This document shows, in pieces, positions 59,741 to 64,000 of a DNA stretch of 64,000 bases. The notes beneath the pieces were generated by a model. The model had not been told where the DNA came from. It saw only the letters and a program-made list of their open reading frames with translations, and made no database searches. The translations under genes and the position numbers were made by a program. The stretch is from an uncultured virus (IMG/VR IMGVR_UViG_3300049043_000106) (lineage: Duplodnaviria; Heunggongvirae; Uroviricota; Caudoviricetes). Positions within the stretch are counted from its first letter, which is position 1. Every line of letters starts with the position of its first letter. The stretch lies in IMG/VR virus record IMGVR_UViG_3300049043_000106; one strand, given 5' to 3'.

Positions 59741-61325
59741 GGGTGTACATCGGGTGTATGTGCATCCTCGAACTTGTGCTAAGTGTTGTCCCACCTCACA
59801 CAAGGAGGGTAAAGATCCTACCTCATGGTAGTGTGAACCCTACAAGAGAGTCATGGCACCAGTCCCTCTGCCATAAACAAATGGTGGTGGTTGTCTAGGA
59901 TCACTACGTTGTGAGATATGGAGGATCACGATGCGATCCTTGAGGTATGATCACTGAGACATACCCAAAGTCAGGTCCTAAGTCTTAGTAACCGTGTAAG
60001 TCTATGAGTGAGTCATAAAAGACTTGTGGAAGTCCATTCTAGTCTACATGTGGCTGAGTACCAGTTGGAGTAGACTCCCTCACAAGGTGGAGTGGACTAG
60101 TCCAATCAGGACATCCTAAGTGTGGGACAGTGTGGTCAGCCAGTTGAGGAGTGGTGTGTATGGTCATCTCTGTCCTTCTCACTCTACAAGTGACACTAAG
60201 GGCAGCTCAGTCAAGTACAAGGGCAATATGACCAAGTAGGTCAATCAAGTTACAGATGGTATGTGAGGAACACATACATCTCAGAGAGACTCCTTTGAGT
60301 CTTTGCCCTTATGAGTAGAATCTCTTCAGAAGTTCCTCTCTTCCTCTTGAGCCTCTTGTTTTCTCTTGAGCATGGGATGCATGACAAAAGCATTGAGTGC
60401 TGAGCCTCAAGTCTTTCTTTACTTGGGAAACCTTAAATCCGTGAGGTCAAGGACCAAGACCGGTAAGGCAGGTCCCAAGAGCTCAGTCACTAAGGAGTTA
60501 AAGGTAATCTTGATAACCTTTTTGAGTGACAAGTGCGGTTGCACTACTGAGTCATGAGAGAGTACACCTTGTACTTCTCTATGACCTTTGGATGAGAGAC
60601 CCTCCCTTACCATGAGTCCAGTTGGACATGAGTCCGGGTACCAGTGACTTCTACTATGTCACTATGAGTGTAGATGGTCATTACACCTTGTGGTGATCAT
60701 CATGAGTATGTTGTGAGGTCACATCTCTTTGATGTTGACAATAGTGAGTACACCCATGAGTGTGCTTGTAGTATGTATAGTATAGTACTACTGAAGTACT
60801 AGGATAGTTAGTTTGTGAAAGCTCTTGGAGGCCTGCCCAGTCAGAGATGCCCATGAAGACATTGGAGATGGTATGGTACCATGAGGTTGGCATGCCCCTG
60901 CATGACCACTACACTGATGAAGTGTCACCCCTCAAGGCAAGCTGGTTGCCTGTGGATACATAGATACTACAGCTAGTATCTAGAGGGGAGACATCTTGAA
61001 GGTGTTCAAGAGAGAGTTCAAGCGAGTCAACGAGCTCTGGAAGAGCTGTGGTCTGGTGTTATGAGTTCTAGTTGGGATAGGAGGTGGAGGGTAGGTTTTT
61101 ATTCCCCTGAGGGTTTTCCTACCTGGACAGGTTTTGGCCTGCTAAGAGTAAAAGGGGTCTTTTCACTGTCCGCTAATAACCATGGCACATGTCAAGTATG
61201 ATGGCATGTGTGCCCACCTACCTATGTGTTTAGGGACATTATGCATGTTGGACATGGTGAACATAATGTTTAAGTGGGTGCTCCACTGTGTGAGCCAGGA
61301 GGCTCACCTTTAGGAGGGGGAGAGT

Positions 61326-62068
61326 TGTTAGGGCGCCAGCCCTAACACACACCTCATACACTCACCTATTTTCCAACTCTGTCTATGTCTACGGGGTGTT
61401 TCGGGGCACTCTGTAGTGTCTCGCCCCGTCTAGCTCGTCGTGTGTGCGTGTTCTGAGTCTGAGTCTAAGTCACGCCACGTGTGTCTGAGTGCCCGAGCCC
61501 TGGGGGTGCCCTAGCACCGACCACGGGCTGTGTGGGGTGCACTCTGAGCTGTCTCAGTGGTTAGTGTCAAGGCGCTAACCGAGGGGGTCTCCCAGGGCCT
61601 CCCGGTTGGTGTGTACCCAGTGAGTCCCAGGGTCAGCGGGCCCCGTGCCTGGTAGACCCCTGTGTGTGTTGTACCCCACGTGGGGCTCTAGGCCCCCGAG
61701 AGGGTTGTCCTACTCACGTAGTGTTTCGGGACCGGGCCCCCTGTCCTTGTGTGTCTTGTCGAGTGAGGGGTAGCGAGCCCCCTTGAGTGGGCCCTGTCGG
61801 TCACCCTTGGACCGACACGTGCCCCTGTGGTCGAGAGCACCGTGGGACTCAAGTCCCAGCGGTCAGGCCGTCCAGACGCCTCCCCGGTTACAAGTCCCAC
61901 CGGTCCTCCTGGACCGGCGCTCCACCGGCTCCAGGAGCCGGTTGGGTGGGTGCTCCGTGAGGCTCAAACTGAGCCTTTGGCAACACCTACATAGTACTCT
62001 GTTTGTTGTGTCTTTGGACTAGTCTTGTAACGCTTCCTATGCAAAATTAGCAACGGTCACCTATCCCA
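61326..62068 (+). repeat. 3' LTR of B3
   Basis: TGTTAGGG after the PPT; homologous to the B2 LTR; U5 motif TGTAACGC..TATGCAAAATT..AACGGTCAC shared with B1. Confidence 0.85.
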
Positions 62069-64000
62069 CCTACGAGAAACTTGCCAGAGAATTACAAGAC
62101 AGACTTTGCCTTCTATTGATTAGAGGCTATCTTGAAGGTATGTAAGAGGGTGGTGGTCAGTGACACACGTGGATTCCACCACCTCCAAAAAGGCAAGCCA
62201 AGCCCCAGCAGTGCACTACCGCCAAGGCATTCACGGTCATGGGTCTCATAATTCTACTCAGGACTAAGGATCCGTGACTAGGCCATTGGCTTGCCATCTT
62301 GAGTCAAGATGCCACCAAGGGCAAACTCTGAAGCGTCACACTCCACCGTGAACGGCTTAGAGAATCCTGCATTGCCAGAGGAGGAGAGGTCAAAGCAGCT
62401 CTTTTAGTTTGTCAAAGGACTCTGGCCCTCCCGCGCCCACTCAAAGGCCACGTTGTCCTTGGTGAGACGGGTCAGCCCCAGCCTACGCAGCCCGTTACTA
62501 TAGTCCTTGATAAACTTCCTGAAATAATTGGTCAAACCCAAAAAGGACCGCACATTGTCCTTGGGCCGTGGCCATTCCTTGGACCACTCGTGTTCTCCGG
62601 GGTCGGCCTTCAGTCCGTCCTTGGAAACCACATGACCAAGATAGCTCACTTCATATTGGAGAAGAACTTAAGCACTTCTAGGGTTGACAAACAACTTGTT
62701 CTCCCTAAGACCCTGGAGGACCTTGCGAAGGTGATCCATGTTCATCCTCTGCCCTAATGAAGATGATAATGTCATCCAGGTAGACGAGGCAAAAGTCCCC
62801 AATGAACGGTCCGCAAAACATCGTTCATGAAGTTCAGGAACACGGGAAGAGCATTGGTGAGCCCAAAAGGCATCACTGTGTACTCAGTGTCGAACGGGGT
62901 ATTGAAGGCGGTCTTCAGGAATATCAGATTCCTTGAAGCCTTATCCTGGTGGTAACCCGACTTCAAGTCCGGTGTTGAAAACACCTTACGCAGAGCCAAG
63001 AGTATCCAACAGGTCATTCAATCCTTGGGTAAAGGATACTTGTTCCTGATCGTGACCTTACTCAAGACCGACGAGCTAGTCCACGCACATCCGGAGAGAG
63101 CCATCCTTCTTAACAACAAAGAGGAGGGGCTCCATACGGAGACGTGCTGGATGTACTCTGCAATTAACCAAGTTCTGTAACTTGGTCATGACATTCCAGC
63201 TTCTCTCGAGGCGAGAGCCGGGTGCGGGTCTATACGGTGTCCCTGTTGACCGGGGACCTTAGGGCAGACCTCATGGGGTTCCCTTATAGGCAGGAAACTC
63301 ATCAGGGAGGTCCTTAGTGATCACGTCACTGGAGCTCTGTCCGCAGTGGCTCTTGACGTGCCGGTGACGAAGACTTCAAGCTGGGCCGTCACCTCAGACA
63401 CCTCCTTGACATGGCACACAATCATGTGTCGTGTCTGCTTGAGAGCATTGACAAACTTCTTGGCAGGACAACGGACATCGTGCCGAGAGGCCCGCTTCTT
63501 AGCAAGAGCCGAATCAAGCCGGATGATGTGTCGCTTCTCACCCTTAATCAAGGTGACGGTGGCCGAACACGTAATTGAGGATGGCTTTTTATTTTGACAA
63601 GCGCCATGATTCTGGCCCAGCAACAGGTCAAAGTGGGACCCCGGGTCCACGCCTGTCACCGCTGACTTTGCTCTTAAACTTTTTCACGACAATGCGTGAC
63701 GGTGGGTCTCGCCCCAGTTGCGGAGGCGGAGCTGTACCGTTCTCCCCATTCCGTCTTAGCCCGGGTACAACTGAATGGACAAGCCCATGTCAATGGCAAG
63801 CCTTTTGTTGATGAGGCACTCCCCATCAAAGGCAGTGTCCAGGGATTCCGGAGGCTTTAAGTGCGGCCACCCGAGCATGTGTTCCCGAGACCGTGGCAGG
63901 CAAGATTAAACAGCAGATTGTTGTTCAAGGCCGCGATCTCCTGGGGAAGGCTGTGACGGGTCTCTTGCCATCAACATAAACAGCCGTGGCCCAAGTGTGG
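62069..64000 (-). mobile_element. pol: Ty3/Gypsy element G, decayed pol (PR-RT-RNase H), runs off the window
   Basis: Minus strand: DLKSGYHQ, KTAFNTP, MPFGLTNA, SYLGHVVSKDG, VRSFLGLTNYFRKFI; RNase H remnants at ~62100-62350. Confidence 0.9.

Larger units (their letters stand above)
53828..62068 (+). mobile_element. Non-autonomous family-B element B3 (5' end missing)
   Basis: Leader and repeats as in B1/B2; non-coding interior homologous to B1; PPT at ~61312-61324; 3' LTR. Confidence 0.85.

Overview
The whole window is a eukaryotic pile of nested and fused Ty3/Gypsy LTR retrotransposons. The host is probably green-plant lineage, judging from telo-boxes, iMet-like PBSs and CG/CWG depletion. 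No host gene was recognised. Five elements have coding capacity: A (1-3631, partial pol), C (11171-19681), E (31820-~40481, near-complete), D (40889-~51747) and G (62069-64000, minus strand). F (~51748-53827) is the 3' end of another element. There are also long non-coding LTR elements (A' 3632-11170; family B in three copies) and one MITE. Main result: three divergent chromovirus-type elements (E, D, C; possibly G) carry a phage-Dam/DIRS-like DNA amino-methyltransferase domain (FTxEAC...WMNPPF in E and D) just before the protease, after the Gag zinc knuckle in E and D, plus a C-terminal chromodomain. Other notable structure: (1) an antisense array of seven 31-64 nt GT-AG micro-introns whose removal gives a continuous 206-aa ORF; (2) covarying RNA structures shared by autonomous and non-autonomous elements; (3) an array of about 14 AGATTG stem-loops; (4) a tRNA-like cloverleaf before gag; (5) opposite CWG versus CG depletion in neighbouring families; (6) LTR termini clipped by a few bases without TSDs. 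All calls were made by eye. Many frameshifts may be long-read assembly errors.
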